Part shown: positions 24,624-25,824 of the stretch, one piece after another | Numbering within the stretch: the first letter of the stretch is position 1 | How the letters are laid out: every line of letters begins with the position of its first letter | NCBI GenBank assembly: GCA_038209835.1 | Contig: JBBQXH010000001.1 | Location: 1-25,824, forward strand | Direction of reading: 5' to 3' | Length of the DNA stretch: 25,824 nt | Source: Gaiellales bacterium | GTDB lineage: Bacteria; Actinomycetota; Thermoleophilia; Gaiellales; Gaiellaceae | Notes under the pieces: model-generated | The model's database searches: none | Seen by the model: the letters and a program-made list of their open reading frames with translations, nothing else | Told to the model about the DNA's origin: nothing | Program-made: the position numbers and the translations under genes

Positions 24624-25076
24624 TCAGGAGCGGTACACCTCCACCTTTGTCCCGCTTTTCCCACGCTTGAAGTCGGGCTTCAGGATCAGGTCGATGAGCG
24701 CGTTGGCGATCCAGATGAAGACCGCGCCGCCGAGGGCCCACCAGTAGTTGTCGACGTGGAAGCCCGAGACGATCTGCGCGGTCAGCCAGAGCATGAACGC
24801 CTGGATGAACAGCAGAGCGATCCCGAGAGTGATGATCACCGCGGGGAGCGTCAGGAAGATGATCAGCGGGCGCAGGATCGCGTTGACGATGCTGTAGACG
24901 AGCGCAGCGAGGACGAGGTTGCCGAAGCTCCCGTACGAGATGCCGGAGAAGACGAGCGAGGCGAGCCAGATCGCGACGATATTCGAGAGGAAGCCCCAGA
25001 CGAACCAGATCAGGATCTGGGCTCCGAGCGAGCGGCGCTCCGCAGGGGCGCGCGTTCCCTGTGGCGAGATCGTCAC
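24624..25076 (-). CDS. YvlD/DUF360 ('phage holin family') 4-TM membrane protein
   Basis: IVNAILRPLIIFLTLPAVIITLG...WWALGGA; GTG 25076 overlaps the cyclase stop (GTGA). Confidence 0.85.
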   Translation of the reverse strand: MTISPQGTRAPAERRSLGAQILIWFVWGFLSNIVAIWLASLVFSGISYGSFGNLVLAALVYSIVNAILRPLIIFLTLPAVIITLGIALLFIQAFMLWLTAQIVSGFHVDNYWWALGGAVFIWIANALIDLILKPDFKRGKSGTKVEVYRS

Positions 25077-25801
25077 CAGGGAAGCTCCGCGACGGCCCTG
25101 ACCGGTGAGCCTGTCCCGCCCTTCCAGAGGAGCGGATAGCCGGTGAACTGGAACTCGCCCTTGCCGACGAGCCGTTCGAGGTTCACGAGCCACTCGTAGT
25201 GGATGATGCTGCGGTCGCGGCAGGCTCGGTGGCTAGGGAAGCCCTTCGTCCCAGCCTTGTCTGTCGAGGGCCCCTCGACCCCGTGCGCCCGGGAGTTCCG
25301 GTCGGCGAGCCAGTGTGTCGCGGCTGCGGTCATCCCGGGGTTCATCGTAACGACTTCGCGGTTCGGCCAATGGCGCGCGTGGAAACCGGTGCAGAGGAGA
25401 ACGATGTGACCCTGAATCCCGACTCCCGCCTCCTCCTCGGCCCGCGCCAGGTCGTCGACGTCGATGTCGCCGAGGTCGGGGATGTGACGGAGATCGAGGC
25501 AGACCGCCTTGCCGGTGAACCAGTCGATCGGCATCTCGTCGATCGAGGAGCGTCCGGCACCCATGTGGAGAGGTGCGTCGACGTGCGTCCCGACGTGCTC
25601 GAGCATCGAGATGTAGTTGACCGCGTAGGTGAACGGGTCGTCCGGATCGCCGAGACCCGCTGCCTTCGCCTGCTCGTGGTCGACGTACGGGAGGATGATC
25701 GGCGAGGGGAAGAGGGCGTGTGCCGGCATCCCGTTCGAGATCTCGAGCGAGAGATCGACGATCTCGGTGTTGCGGTCGGACTTGACGGGACCCGTCGACA
25801 C
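25073..25801 (-). CDS. Cyclase / kynurenine-formamidase-like metal-dependent hydrolase
   Basis: HVGTHVDAPLH signature, IVDLS, HYEWLVNL and GGTGSPVRAVA; GGAGG just upstream of GTG 25801. Confidence 0.92.
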   Translation of the reverse strand: MSTGPVKSDRNTEIVDLSLEISNGMPAHALFPSPIILPYVDHEQAKAAGLGDPDDPFTYAVNYISMLEHVGTHVDAPLHMGAGRSSIDEMPIDWFTGKAVCLDLRHIPDLGDIDVDDLARAEEEAGVGIQGHIVLLCTGFHARHWPNREVVTMNPGMTAAATHWLADRNSRAHGVEGPSTDKAGTKGFPSHRACRDRSIIHYEWLVNLERLVGKGEFQFTGYPLLWKGGTGSPVRAVAELPW

Positions 25802-25824
25802 GGCGCCTCCAGCGGATGTGACAG

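Noticed and set aside
24624-25076. Prophage or lysis cassette suggested by the 'phage holin family' protein
   Set aside because: YvlD/DUF360-type proteins are common chromosomal membrane proteins, and there is no endolysin, integrase or structural phage gene nearby.
1-25824. Selenoprotein genes with in-frame TGA, prompted by selD
   Set aside because: All recognisable enzymes have intact frames with Cys at catalytic positions; no TGA splits a conserved domain.
1-25824. The many Arg/Pro/Ser-rich alternative-frame ORFs (e.g. 278..967, 1170..1934, 3398..4813, 18121..19506, 21331..22938)
   Set aside because: Shadow ORFs typical of high-GC DNA; they overlap well-supported genes and lack motifs.

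Overview
High-GC bacterial chromosomal window (GC judged by eye). Gene content (PAC2, actinobacterial-type COX15, many leaderless-type starts) points to Actinomycetota, possibly Thermoleophilia/Gaiellales (inference). I call about 30 tightly packed genes and find no rRNA, tRNA, CRISPR array, transposase or prophage. Left third: thioredoxin-like protein (partial), DUF1232, DDAH/amidinotransferase, Cys-type selD, COX15/CtaA, PAC2, a long SF2 helicase, a hypothetical and a His-rich TPR-like protein. Middle: many C-N hydrolases: an M20 carbamoylase, an HP0310/PgdA-like deacetylase divergent from a small MCxLCG protein plus a COG0523 GTPase, and a coupled operon hyuA-hyuB-zinc-finger microprotein-GntR-SDR-TatA-like microprotein with its own sigma70-type promoter and palindromic operator. 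Right end: APH kinase, a probable regulator remnant, a cytochrome b/Moco oxidoreductase fusion, and cyclase-YvlD-GAF-leuC-leuD. The most striking unexplained signal is a four-copy ~85-90 nt repeat. It folds as a three-way junction with conserved junction bases but different stem sequences, sits at gene 3' ends, and supplies the C-termini of three proteins. Two microproteins missing from the ORF track (11500-11604, 14221-14370) were found by manual reading. All family assignments come from motif recognition; no database search was run.
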